NCBI RefSeq assembly: GCF_001194135.2
Contig: NC_068991.1
Coordinates: 60,915,880-60,979,879, forward strand
Length of the DNA: 64,000 nt
Direction: 5' to 3'
From: Octopus bimaculoides
Lineage: Eukaryota
A program made the translations under genes and the position numbers. Below the pieces are notes generated by a model that was not told the origin of the DNA, did no database searches, and saw nothing but the letters and a program-made list of their open reading frames with translations. Positions 49,666 through 62,569 of the stretch are shown here, piece after piece (position 1 is the first letter of the stretch; every line of letters starts with the position of its first letter).

Positions 49666-50472
49666 CATATATCATCATCATCATCATCATTTAATGTTTG
49701 TTTTCTGTACAAGAATAGGTTGGATGGTTTGACAAGAGCTGGTAAGCCAGAGCGCTGCACCAGGCTCCAGTCGTCTGTTTTGGTATAGTTTCTAAGGCTG
49801 AATGTACTTCCTAATGCCAACCACTTTACAGAATATACTGGGTGCTTTCCATGTGGTACTGGCAAGGGTGCTTTTTACATGGTGCTGGCACACGAGTATT
49901 GCTCATGTGACACTGGCATGGGAGTATTTTACATGGTGCCAGCACAGGTGCTTTTCATACATATATACACACACACACATATATATATATACATACATAT
50001 GTACAAATATACACACACACACACAGATACATATACATGTGCGCACACACATGTCCTTGTTTTAATATTATGCACAAATTGTAAACAATGGTGTTACCAT
50101 TATGCAAGCAGTCATTCATTTACAATCTTCCATGAAAACATGTCTGGCCATTGTGTTGTTTGTATTCAAAGGACAAGGGTAAATATTAGCATACATGGGA
50201 ACAGGAAGAGCATCCTGCTGTAGAAAATCTGTTACAGTGTATCTTAATTGACTCATGCAAGCTTGAAAAGATGGGCATTAAAACAATGATGACGATGGTG
50301 TATACCAGTTACAGCTAATAAGTGAAGACCCATGGCTTTGTGGTTAGTATATTTGGCTCATGATCATGAAGTTGTGAGTTCGATTCCCAGTGGTGCATTG
50401 TGTTCTTGAGCAAGGCATTTTATTTCATGTCTCTCCAGTTCACTCAGCTGGCAAAAAATGAGTAGTACCCTG

Positions 50473-50815
50473 CCCAGTTCAGGATCACAACATATAGGTA
50501 CACTGCGGCATAATTTCTTTTCCTCAACAGGCCCTGCACTGTTTAACATTGTGCTAAAACAGATAAAAAAGGAAAAGGATCCTATCAGCTTTAAATGGAG
50601 TCTAGACAGATTTCTTGAAGGAATACCAGACAAGCCACCCATACCTGGATACAACTCACTCAACAAGAACTCACTACTTGAATGGACCATAAACAAAACT
50701 TGACTAAAAAAGGATTTAGATAAATTTCTTTGATAATCTTATCAGGTGGTGCTATTAAGTTAGACATGGCCTGGACTAATCTTTGATCGAAACATATCTA
50801 AGTTTATCTAAGTTT
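50473..50815 (+). mobile_element. 5'-truncated CR1-like LINE 3' end inserted into a family D SINE
   Basis: The ORF end TLRHNFFSSTGPALFNIVLKQIKKEKDPISFKWSLDRFLEGIPDKPPIPGY...NSLL resembles CR1-group ORF2 C-termini. A (ATCTAAGTTT)x2 tail follows, and the SINE resumes at ACCTGTCTTTCAAAGGG. Confidence 0.75.
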
Positions 50816-51574
50816 ACCTGTCTTTCAAAGGGCTAGCCTTGTCACCTCTTCTGTGTCATGCTAAACCTTCCTGAGAACTATGTTAAGAGTATGCGTGTCT
50901 GTGGAGTCCTCAGTCAACTGCACATTAATTTCAGGAGCAAGTTGTTCCATTGATTGAATCAACTGGAACGCTTGTCATAACCAATGGAATGCCAGTATGC
51001 CAGTAGACAGGTAATACCATTGTAAGGTAATATATTTACATCTGCTTTGTATCTTTATGTTCTGGAATCTTCCTTGCTATCTTATTTTTGAATAGACTTT
51101 TGAGATAGTTGTAATTAATTTGTAATTAGTTATAGAGCACTCTCTCAGAGAAAACTACTTTGTTTAGATAAATTTAGATGTGTTCTGAGATAGTACGGTT
51201 GTCTATTTTCTTCACACACATATACGCATACATGTCGATGCATGTGTGAGTTTATTGATACACATACAAGCACAGACACACACACACATGTATATATATA
51301 ATTGTACACCTCCATACATTCATGCACTCACACTCACACACACATACATACATCTGTATATATGTGTATTTAGTCATACACATCAGGTACATGCACACTT
51401 ATGCATACATGTACATACATCTTCACATATGCACACACACACACACACACACACACGCATGTGCTTGTATAAACAAACACACACATACACAGTGATGACA
51501 TAACTATGTTCGAAGTTAATCATTTTTATTAAAGGTTTTTCATATATCCCTATTTGTCCCTTGTGTTTAGTTGG

Positions 51575-51832
51575 GAACAACAATGTTGGCAATTCGATTA
51601 ATGTTCCAACACCTTCCTGGCTCATCTNNNNNNNNNNNNNNNNNNNNNNNNNNNNNNNNNNNNNNNNNNNNNNNNNNNNNNNNNNNNNNNNNNNNNNNNN
51701 NNNNNNNNNNNNNNNNNNNNNNNNNNNNNNNNNNNNNNNNNNNNNNNNNNNNNNNNNNNNNNNNNNNNNNNNNNNNNNNGAACAACAATGTTGGCAATTC
51801 GATTAATGTTCCAACACCTTCCTGGCTCATCT
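51575..51832. other. 53-bp exact duplication either side of an N-gap (unmerged contig overlap)
   Basis: 51575-51627 is identical to 51780-51832. A similar duplication flanks the 17900-17909 gap. Confidence 0.85.
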
Positions 51833-52230
51833 TGTGAAAGCTGAGGTTTAGCTCTTAAAAGTATTAATGGACTTAGGAACATTATTGCTTCAAACTAAAG
51901 CGAAAGGGACTCTAAAGGAAAATATGAAAAATTTTTAATAAAAAATATTATCTTCCAGCACAGATGTGTCTTCAATACAATATTTGAAAGAAAATCTGTT
52001 CCCAATATATATATGTATGTGTGTATTTATATACGTGTGTGTTTGTGTATGTGTTTGTTTGTGTGTGTGCTTCTGACTATAAGAAATATCCTGCGATTCC
52101 ACTTAAAAGAAAGGTTTAATTTACACTGACAACATTTGCTTTCTTCCAAGTTCGTATGAGCCAAATGGGATCAGAATAAAGCATCTTTCAATATTGCCAT
52201 TCTGCTTTTTGCCATTTGTGAAAAACTACA

Positions 52231-52287
<57 letters not shown>

Positions 52288-53533
52288 TTTATTCTTTTCT
52301 TTTCTTTTTATTTTTGTCTGCTTTGATCTCTTCATTGCAATAAAAACATGAATAATGTTGTGTATTGTAAAACAGTTTCTCATCAGCCACTGCTGTATTC
52401 AGTTCTTGCCTATCTGACAATGAAGAAACTATAATTCTTCACATGAGATCAAGCTAAGAACTGTAGTTATTGGAAGACCACATGTGAAAGTGTTCTTCTA
52501 TCAGTTCATAGAAATTCTCGAAATTCCTGCCTTTACATAGAGTATACTTCTTAAAAGAAACAAGTTGACACTGTCACAGAGTTGGCTATTTCTGTCTTTC
52601 TCTCATTATATATTTCGTTGGTTATCTATTATTTTTTATAATTTACTATTAATTTAAGAACATCATTATCATCACCATCATTTAATATCCATTTTCCATG
52701 CTTGCATGGGTCAGACAGAATTTGCTGAGGCAGATTTTCCTAAGGCCGGGATGCCCTTCTTGTTGCTAACCCTCACCTGTTTCTGAGCAAGGAAATATTT
52801 TCCCGTGGCCAGACATGTTTTCCTACATGAGACGGGAAGCAAACATCTCTGTTGTATGATGATAATGCTTATTTACAGCCATCATGTGAAGTCTAGAGAA
52901 GGGTCCACACAAACACATACAAATATATACTAACACATACATTCATTTATAGATAAATGATAGAAAATGGAATGAGCAGCATTTTTTTTATTTAAAATCA
53001 CTACAATTGTTTCAACACATTTTTACATTTGTAATATGTTGGTGAGATGTATAAACATTAAACTCTGTGGATACTATGGAATTCTAAATGTATATCCACT
53101 GTACGACATCATGTAGCCAATAGCTGTGGATGAGCTTTGCATAACATATTGAGTGGCTGTGTGATAAGTAGCTTGCTTACCAGCCACATGGTTCCAGGTT
53201 CAGTCCCACTATGTGGCACCTTAGACTTGTGTCTTCTACTATAGCCTCAAGCCAACCAAAGCCTTGTGAGTGGATTTGGTAGATGGAAACTGAAAAAAGC
53301 CTATCGTATAAATAAATATATATATGTTTGTCACCCCACCATCACTTGACAACCAATGTTGGTGTGTTTATGTCTCTGTAACTTAGTGGTTTGGCATAAG
53401 AGACCAATAGAATAAGTTCTAGGCTTACAAAGAATAAGTTCTGGGGTTGATTTCTTTGACTAAAAGGCAGTGCTCCAGCACGGCCGCAGTCAAATGACTG
53501 AAACAAATAAAATAATATATATATATATATACA

Positions 53534-53750
53534 CGAGGAGGTGCTGAAAAGTTCCTGGCTTTGGGTAAAAGAAAATATAGAAATGTCAGTTAATTATGAT
53601 TTTATTCAACATATTCCCCTCTCAGATTCAGACATTTATTGCAGTGGTCCTTCAGTTTTTGTAAACCCTGTAAAATAACTCAGCAGATTGGGCCTCCAGT
53701 CAAGCCTTTCACGATACCCTTAAAGCCAGGAACTTTTCAGCACCCCCTCA
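53534..53750. mobile_element. Mariner-type MITE with 29-bp TIRs
   Basis: CGAGGAGGTGCTGAAAAGTTCCTGGCTTT ... AAAGCCAGGAACTTTTCAGCACCCCCTCA (27/29 complementary), with TA on the right flank. Confidence 0.85.
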
Positions 53751-55311
53751 TATTTACATATAAGATAGGCTTCTTATAGTCTACCAAATAGACTCACAAG
53801 GTTTTCATTGGCCTGGGGCTATAATAGAAGACAGTTGCCTAAGGTGCTGTCAGTGGGACTGAACTCAAAACCAAGTGGTTGGGAAGCAAGCTTCATTATC
53901 ACACAGCCATGCCTGTGCTTATATAGGTTAAAAATAAGATATATTATTGAAATAAAAAGAAAAGAAACAGATATTATTAGGATTAATTATTTAAATTAAT
54001 TCTTTCAGTACTAAATTAAATTAAATTGAATTAACAACAAACAAAATACACCACACAAAAAAAAAATAAATAAATAAAAGCCAACAAACTTTGTTACATT
54101 TTAATTTTTTTCTCTGAAACCTAACCTGAGTAAAATTGCAGACTAAATTATCAGAATGGTCATTTGGCAACGAAGGGTTGTTAAAACTTGAATGATTAGC
54201 CTTTATTGATTGATTTCTTGAAGAAAAAGAATGCAAAATATAAAAGTATAAAAACAAATATAATTAGATTGGAAAAATTTGACTGATGATAGTCAATTAA
54301 AATATATGACTGGCCGAGGACAGCGAGGCTAGGAAAAATAGATTGACTTGAAAAGAATTCATCAAAGATTATTCCTTAACAAAGAAAATAATTCAGGTTC
54401 AATTCCTGGGTTAACTCTTTCAACACTATATCTTAAAGACGTTTGAATATTTACACAAGACACTTAACAAATGATATGAAAGAGAAAAAGGACAGCGGAT
54501 GAAATCTCTTTTTTGTTTTTATTAATTTATTTATAATCTTTTTTATTTTATTTTTTCATTTTCTCCAAATCTTAATTAAATTTTAGAAAACCTTAAAATC
54601 AGAGAGAAAAGAAAAAAAGTAATGTTAATAAGCCAAAACAAAAATGAAACCGTAAACAATAAAAAAAAACCCCACAGACACACTTGAAAGACAAAGAAAA
54701 AGAACCCAATCACTTGCGATGTATTTGCAATATTTTTTCCTAGATATTCCCTCTTATGTTGGGATTGAACTGGGAGCATAACAAAATATTTTCAGTGGCA
54801 ATATAATTGAAGATTATTGATCTGTTATGGTGATCAGTAAAGTAAAAAAAAAAAAAAAAAAAAAAAGTCGAATGTGAAATGAGACCGCTATAAACAAATA
54901 TTAAAAACAACAACAATAACATCAACAAAAATTTATTATGGCAAAATAATTCACTCCAATAATTAAGTTAATAACTTTGCAACATATAGTAAGACACACA
55001 CACACACACACACACACAAATGAAAAAACAAAGAACAAAGAAGCAAAAAACAATAAAAAGACCATTACAAGTTATTTCAATCCAAAACAAATTGAAAATA
55101 ATAATGAAAAAAACAAAAAAAAAATTAATTAGTAGATAGTGTAGATAAGTGGTAATGACCAATACCTGGGAATTATTGATGATTTTCTGGAGTTGCAACT
55201 TTAGATAATTTATGGTCATCATTTGTAACAAAGATATTATCTCGAATAGAAATAATGGGTGGTTTCAGCTTTTAAATATTTAGCATTATGGTTTCTTGCA
55301 GAATTTATAAT

Positions 55312-55358
<47 letters not shown>

Positions 55359-57152
55359 TGTATGTATGTATTCATAGCAGATGTCAAGATGGTCTACTCC
55401 AATATTTTCTGAAACTTTGACACTTACTATAAATAAGTTATTTATTACATCGTTTTTCATTTCTTTCAATATATTTATAACTGTTTTCATTTACAATAAT
55501 TTTTTTTTTAAGTGATAGAATAGGTGAGATGTCATTCCCTTTCTTATTCTTCTTCTCTCTCTCCTTTTTCTTCTTCTAAAATTTATCTATGAATTTCTGG
55601 CACGGCATTGACCTAATGTCAGTTTTTCAACATCGAATTCGCTAAAACAGCAAAAAAAGCAGCTTCTGTTATGCACTAACTGAAGGTGTATTATTTCTTC
55701 AGATGATTTCACTCAGCCTGCTTAAAAGAGATGTCAAATCTCCCTCAAATCATATTCTACCATCTTAAAATTATAGGATACATTGAATAATATAATCCAA
55801 GATATGATGTCTGAAAATGCTTTCTTTAATTTCATATAAAATACATTTTTGCTTCCAAAAAATGTTTCAAAAAATCACCACTAGTCTTGTATACAAAGTT
55901 GGGTTCCCCTAAGCTAATTATGTCCCTGACACTCACCACTCTTGGCTAATTTTAATTCTGACAATCTCTTCTCTTAGCTTAACTTCATAATAATAATATT
56001 TATTTAATAATGATAATGCTTTATCATATTACTTCGTCTGTAGTTGGCAATGACCAAGGACATCATATTGAAGAAGAAGATGGGGTAGAGTGTGTCCAGC
56101 TGTAGTCAATCAGTCCAATGCATGCTCAGAAGACTTTGTAACAGGTCAGGCACTAGTGGTCTGGTGGTATGTTTTATTATAGTAATCATGGAGGATATTT
56201 TCACTCTGGTGATTTCTTGCTTTATGTTCAGCTCTACTGTTGACTTACTTTTTATATACAGAAATGTTTTCTTCTCTAACCAATGTACTTTTGTAATGTT
56301 CTGCTAAATTGGTTTTAACATTACATGCTTTAATACACTAGCAATAGTTTTTCCCGAATATGTTCTGCTGAAATTAGGCTGTGTCTAATATGCCTGCGTG
56401 TCCTTTATATACCATCAAATACATTAAGGAAGGATGATCAAGAATGAAGTACCTTTGATCCCAGGTCAGTTTGATCAGGGCTGACCTGGCACTAAACAGC
56501 AATGGCAGCCAATTCAACTGATGCCATCTTGTCAGAATGATCCAACATTTATATAACGAAAGCCAATTTGTTTAGACTTGATCCAACAAGAGAAGGTTAA
56601 TGTATTCCTTAGAAACTATACTTTATCTTAATCTATGTAATTAATCTCTCTGCTTAATCATATATTCATATGTCACATAAGAAATAGTCTACAAATATTA
56701 AAACATCATGTGTCTATAATCATCTGTGTTATTAAACTGTCTTCATCTCATCCATTTAATAATGGCTGCTATCCTCATCTATCTTTCGTCTGGAAACAAT
56801 AACAGCAACTATCTATTGGGTCGACGACTCAGTTTTAGTATTTCATTACACAAGTCTGGTCAAGTGTTGAAAATATTAATTGGATCAAAAATAATTCACA
56901 ACAAAAAGCAGAACTTGAAACTTGCAGCTCTTTCTTTCCACATAGAGAAAATGAAGGGGAGAGACAGAGGAAGAGAGAGTGTGTGTTTGAAGGGGAAGAG
57001 AGAGAACAAAAGAGAAGGAAAGAGAGAGAGAGAGAGAATGAAAGAGAAGGAAAGGGAAAGAGAGAGAATGAAAGACAAGGAAAGGGAGAGAGAGAGAAAG
57101 TGTGTGAGTGTGGGTAAAAGAGAGAGCAAGAGAGGGAGAGAAAGAGTGTTAG

Positions 57153-57186
<34 letters not shown>

Positions 57187-57318
57187 TGTCAGTGGAAAAG
57201 AGGGAGAAGAAGAGAAAGAGAGACAGACAGAAAGATAGAGTGTGTGTATGGCTAAGAGAGAGACAGAGAGAGTGTGGATGAGACAGAGAGAAAGATAGTG
57301 TGTGTGCATGTGCATGCA

Positions 57319-57351
<33 letters not shown>

Positions 57352-57489
57352 CGTGCGTGGGGGGTGCATTCATTTAAAAAAAAAACTTTCCAAGCTAGCA
57401 TCTGTTGAAAGAATGACAGGAGTGAAGAATGACACATCTTCACTTCTCTAAAAATCTTGTATAATCTTATCTATAAGGACCACCACCCT

Positions 57490-57790
57490 GAAAATTGTAT
57501 CTTATCACTTCCTCCCATGTCTATCCCTCTCCCATAGCTACCTTCCACTGGTAGTAGTACATGACACTCTTTCACCCAACCCATCATCATCATCCATTCA
57601 CATCTCATACCAGTCCAGATGCCTCCTCCTCTAACATCAACTCATACATTTATTATCCAGCCACCCTTTCAGCTCACCATCTTGAATACGAGTTTACATA
57701 ATATACTCAACAAAGCATACCCAACCGATCATTCTCCAGCTTCCACAGATCTTCTCCATCCAATATCCATGGATCTCTCACTGAAGCAGT
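57490..57790 (-). pseudogene. RTE-clade LINE ORF2 C-terminal relic
   Basis: Minus strand gives EDLWKLENDRLGMLC, RRRHLDWY and WVKECHVLLPVEGSYGRG, matching RTE motifs (ED.RRLERN..SMLRWMC; RRLRWYGHV; VKKC..L.VEG..GRGRP). Confidence 0.7.
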
Positions 57791-58030
57791 ATCATTCATT
57801 ATCATTCATACATCTTACATATGTTTCATACAAGCTTCTATTTTTTTACAGAGAAAAGACAGAAATCCTTGGTAACAACCAACAAAGATAGCAGCTCTCG
57901 GAACATCTTCCACCTTTTATTTTTTTTCTCTCTCTCTGTCTCTCTCTGCGTAACTATATAAATTCCTTGAATATTTATAGATGTAAGTCACAAGGTATAT
58001 GTATGTGTTTGTACATCTATATCCATCAAA

Positions 58031-58071
<41 letters not shown>

Positions 58072-58312
58072 NNNNNNNNNNNNNNNNNNNNNNNNNNNNN
58101 NNNNNNNNNNNNNNNNNNNNNNNNNNNNNNNNNNNNNNNNNNNNNNNNNNNNNNNNNNNNNNNNNNNNNNNNNNNNNNNNNNNNNNNNNNNNNNNNNNNN
58201 NNNNNNNNNNNNNNNNNNNNNNNNNNNNNNNNNNNNNNNNNNATATATTTATATATATATATATATGTATGTATGTATGTGTGCATCTATGTATGTATGC
58301 ATGTATGTATGA

Positions 58313-58370
<58 letters not shown>

Positions 58371-60103
58371 ATATATATATAAATGCAGAGTGGGTTTTTA
58401 AATAATTATGAAGTTTTCAAGATGCTTCAGGTGATAAATATCAATGAAATTTTCATTACATAAAAGATAACATTTTGATAGAAATCACCGACGTCTAATT
58501 ACAATGTTCTCAGTTTTAGAGAGAAAGTTTATCTACGAAATTTATCAAACCAGTTCAAACTGTTAACCTGAAAATGACTTCAGTGGAAAAGTGCTTTAGC
58601 TATTTACTTGACAAACAAATTACCAGACTCACCAAAACTTGATGTAGCTAAACTACAATATCAAACTTCATGGTGACCCCTATTTTGCAAAGCTGCCACA
58701 AACATTCTTTGTAGATAGTGGAGGTGGCAGGGGGAAGTCTTGGACAAATTGTTTAAGAACTACCAATTTGTGACATCCTATACATAATCTGTATATATGA
58801 GGGCGTGGCAGTGTGGTAAAAAATTTGCTTCTCAACCATGTGGTTCCGGGTTCAGTTCCACTGTGTGGCACTTTGCGAAAATGTGTTCTACTATAAGCCT
58901 TGGGCCGGCCAAGGCCTTGTGAGTGGATGTAAATTTGGTTCATGGTATATGAAGAGTTGGGATATAAGGAAACTGATAGAAGCCTGTAGCATATGTGTGT
59001 GAGTGTGCGTGTGACAGAAAGTGCATGTGTCTGTGTGTGTTTGTCCCTCCTCCCCACACCACATGATGGCCAGTGTTAGTGTGTTTATGTCCCCATAACT
59101 TAGCAGTTCAGCAAAAGGAGACCAATTGAATAAATATCAGGCTTGCAAAAAGTAGAAATAAGTACAGAATTTGATTCATTCAACTAAAAAGCTCCTTGAA
59201 GAAATGTTCCAGCATGGCCACAGTCTAGTGACTGAAACGAGTCAAAGATGCTTGTGTGTGTGTGTGTGTGTGTTAGACAGGTATCTCATTCTTTTCATTC
59301 TAAATTTAGGTTTACCAATGCTCTTGTAACAGGAATGGCAGTGTTCAATATTCCTCCATCCTTTCTCCAAGAAAATACTCTTTTCTACTCTTGGCACAAG
59401 GTTCGAAATTTTGGGGGAGGGGGCCAGTTGATTAGATCGACTCCAGTATGCAACTGGTACTTAATTTATCGACCCCTAAAGGATGAAAAGCAAAGTCCAC
59501 CTTGGAGGAATTTGAACTCAGAACGTAAAGACAGACAAAATGCCACTAAGCATTTCACCCGGCGTTCTAACGTTTCTGCCAGCTCACCACCTTGAAAATA
59601 TTCTTTTCTACTCAAGGTATAAGGCCCGAAATTTTGGGGAAGAGGGCCAGTCTATTAGATCAACCCTAGTACGCAACTGGTACAACAATGTGAATGAACA
59701 AGCATTACATTTGACAGAAGTAATCTGAATGCTACAGGTTAGAAACTGATTCGCAGAGGTGGGAAAGAGAAAGAAGGAACAAAACAACGAGTCTGATGAC
59801 TGGATTTGAACCACATATCTATCGGTTTAGATTACGTAATGTTTAATGTATTTCATACATTCAGACACTGATGTCAGCTTGTTGAGATAACACTAAGTGG
59901 TATGAAATTGTCTGTGAAACAGGCAGAATACTCGAGGAGATTGAATAAAGTAGTTAAAAATTTATCTAATTTAAGAAAGACAGGCATACAAAATTCATCC
60001 TGGAGTAATTGGTAATGAGATAGCTTGCCTGACAAAGCAATGGAAATACTGTAGGAGTCTCCAGAGTGGATTTGTTCCTTTTCATTCGCAAATTAGTGCT
60101 TAG

Positions 60104-60176
60104 AATGGACAGCACATGCATATATGCATGTAATGGTGCTGTCGATAATGGCTGTGGTGGTGATGGAGAACACAAG
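60104..60176 (+). CDS. Candidate exon (MDSTCIYACNGAVDNGCGGDGEHK or WTAHAYMHVMVLSIMAVVVMENT), unassigned
   Basis: Strong donor AAG|GTAAGC, modest acceptor GTGCTTAG, two open frames. Confidence 0.15.
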
Positions 60177-60344
60177 GTAAGCCAAAGCTAAATCTAGGAT
60201 TAAGTTTTATTCCTGTCCACTCTGAGTTCAAAATCAGGACTGGTCTTTATTATCATCCATCTTTTATTTGTTTTAGACACTGAACAGCAGCCATGCTACA
60301 GCACCATCTTCAAAGCTTTAGTCGAACAAACTGGCCCCAATACT

Positions 60345-60384
<40 letters not shown>

Positions 60385-60495
60385 TATATTTGAAAGTCTG
60401 GTTGTAACTGTATCGAATTTTTTTGCTGAACCACTAAGTTAGAGAGAAGTAAACAATCTAACACTGGTTGTCAGGCAGTAGGTGAGAGGGAAGAC

Positions 60496-60553
60496 AAAGT
60501 GCTAAAACTCCAACAGATAGTAGTACTACTATCTGTTGGAGTTTTAGCACTTT
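60496..60553. repeat. Perfect 58-bp palindrome with no spacer
   Basis: AAAGTGCTAAAACTCCAACAGATAGTAGT|ACTACTATCTGTTGGAGTTTTAGCACTTT, checked base by base. Confidence 0.95.
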
Positions 60554-60763
60554 AGCTGCTATTTCTGAACTTCGGTATGTGGTGAAGCAACTGTTGCTGA
60601 TCCCTTAATAATGTTTATAAATTTATAAGAACTTTTAAATAGGTTCTTCACCGATAATGGTGTTTACATACCGAAGTGCTTGGTAAAAAATTATTACTTA
60701 TTAATTTATTAATAAATTAATATTCCTTTACCCTTTTATTTGTAATAATTATATATATATATA

Positions 60764-60804
<41 letters not shown>

Positions 60805-61402
60805 AAAAAGGGTAAAGGGTAAAGAACCCCTTCAGTCATAGATGGCAATGGGACTGCACCTAGAAAGTTCCGTTCCAACTTCAAGGTACAAGTCCGGGCA
60901 AGGTTGTTTATGGAAGACCAGCAGTCACTCATGCATACCAGTCTCCCCTCTCCAAACCACCAATGTTATCTAAGGGAAAAGGCAAAGGCCAATACAACTT
61001 GGCACCTGTGACGTCACAATCAATTCATTTCTACAGCTGACTGAACTAGGCTATATGAAATCAAGTGTCTTGTTCAAGAATAGAACACACAGACTGGTTC
61101 AGGAATTGCTCACTATTTTATGTGAGCTTGATGCTCTAACTACTGAGCCATGCACCTTCACACACACGTGAGCGTGCGCGTGTGTGTGTGTGTATGTGTA
61201 TGTATATGTTTTTCTACCTGTTTCAGTCATTTGACAGCAGCCATGCTGGAGCATTATCTTTAGTCAAGTAAATCGACCCCAGGACTTATTCTTTGTAAGC
61301 CTAGTACTTATTCTATCGGTCACTTTGCTGAGGTTACAGGGATGTAGACACACCAGCATTGGTTGTCATGCGATGTTGGTGGGGACAAACACACACACAC
61401 AT

Positions 61403-61485
<83 letters not shown>

Positions 61486-62354
61486 CAATAAGTTTCTTTC
61501 AATTTCTGCCTACCAAATCCACTCACAAGGCTTTGGTCGGCCTGAAGCTATAGCAGAAGACAGCTACTCAAGGTACCATGCAATAGTACGGAACCTCAAA
61601 CCATGTGGTTGGTAAGCAAGCTACCACACAGTCACTCCTGCACCTACATATATTTTTATATTTATCTACATACACACATGATGGGCTTCGATAGAGTTTC
61701 CATCAACCAAATTTACTTACAGGGTATTGGTTGGCCCTGAGCTATAGTTGCAGACATTAGCCCAAGGTGCTGTACAATGGAACTGAACCCAAAAACACAT
61801 GGTTGCAAAATGTGCTCCATAATCCTGCAGTCATGCTTGCAAAGATCATTCACACAACTTCTCAATCTCAGAATGAATGATAATTGCTTCTTACACTGGC
61901 ATGAGACCAATATTTTTATAGTTGATGTAATTAGCCTCTAGTGCTTAACTAGTACATAACTAATTTCTCATTACTGCCACCCCTTTGCCTCAGAATAAAT
62001 AATAATAATTTCTTAATTTCTTAAATTGGCACAAGAGCAACTTTCTTTAATTTTTTTTATTTTTACAATCAATTTAATTAGTCTCCAGTATTGAGTGGTT
62101 ATTTATTTTATGAATCCTGAAGGAAAAAAGCCAAACCAACCCCAGCATGTGAAAGAATACTGTTAAAGAATGTAACATTATATGGAAATGGCATGCCAAT
62201 TCATGACTGTGGTTTAGAAGCTTCATTCCTAACCATGTAGTATCAGGTTCAGTCCCACTGTGTGACATCTTGGGCATGTGTCTTCTATAATAGGCCATGG
62301 TCAACCAATGCCTTGTGAGTGAACTTGGTTGATGGTAACTGTGTGGAAGTCCAT

Positions 62355-62401
<47 letters not shown>

Positions 62402-62528
62402 TAAAGAGAGAGAGAGAGAGAGAGAGAGAGATATAAAGAGAGAGAGAGAGAGAGATATAAAGAGAGAGAGAGAGNNNNNNNNNNAGAGAGAGAGAGAGAG
62501 ATATAAAGAGAGAGAGAGAGAGAGATAT

Positions 62529-62569
<41 letters not shown>

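Noticed and set aside
51575-51832. Apparent CRISPR-like or direct repeat across a gap
   Set aside because: The exact duplicate abuts an N run on both sides, which indicates an unmerged contig overlap.
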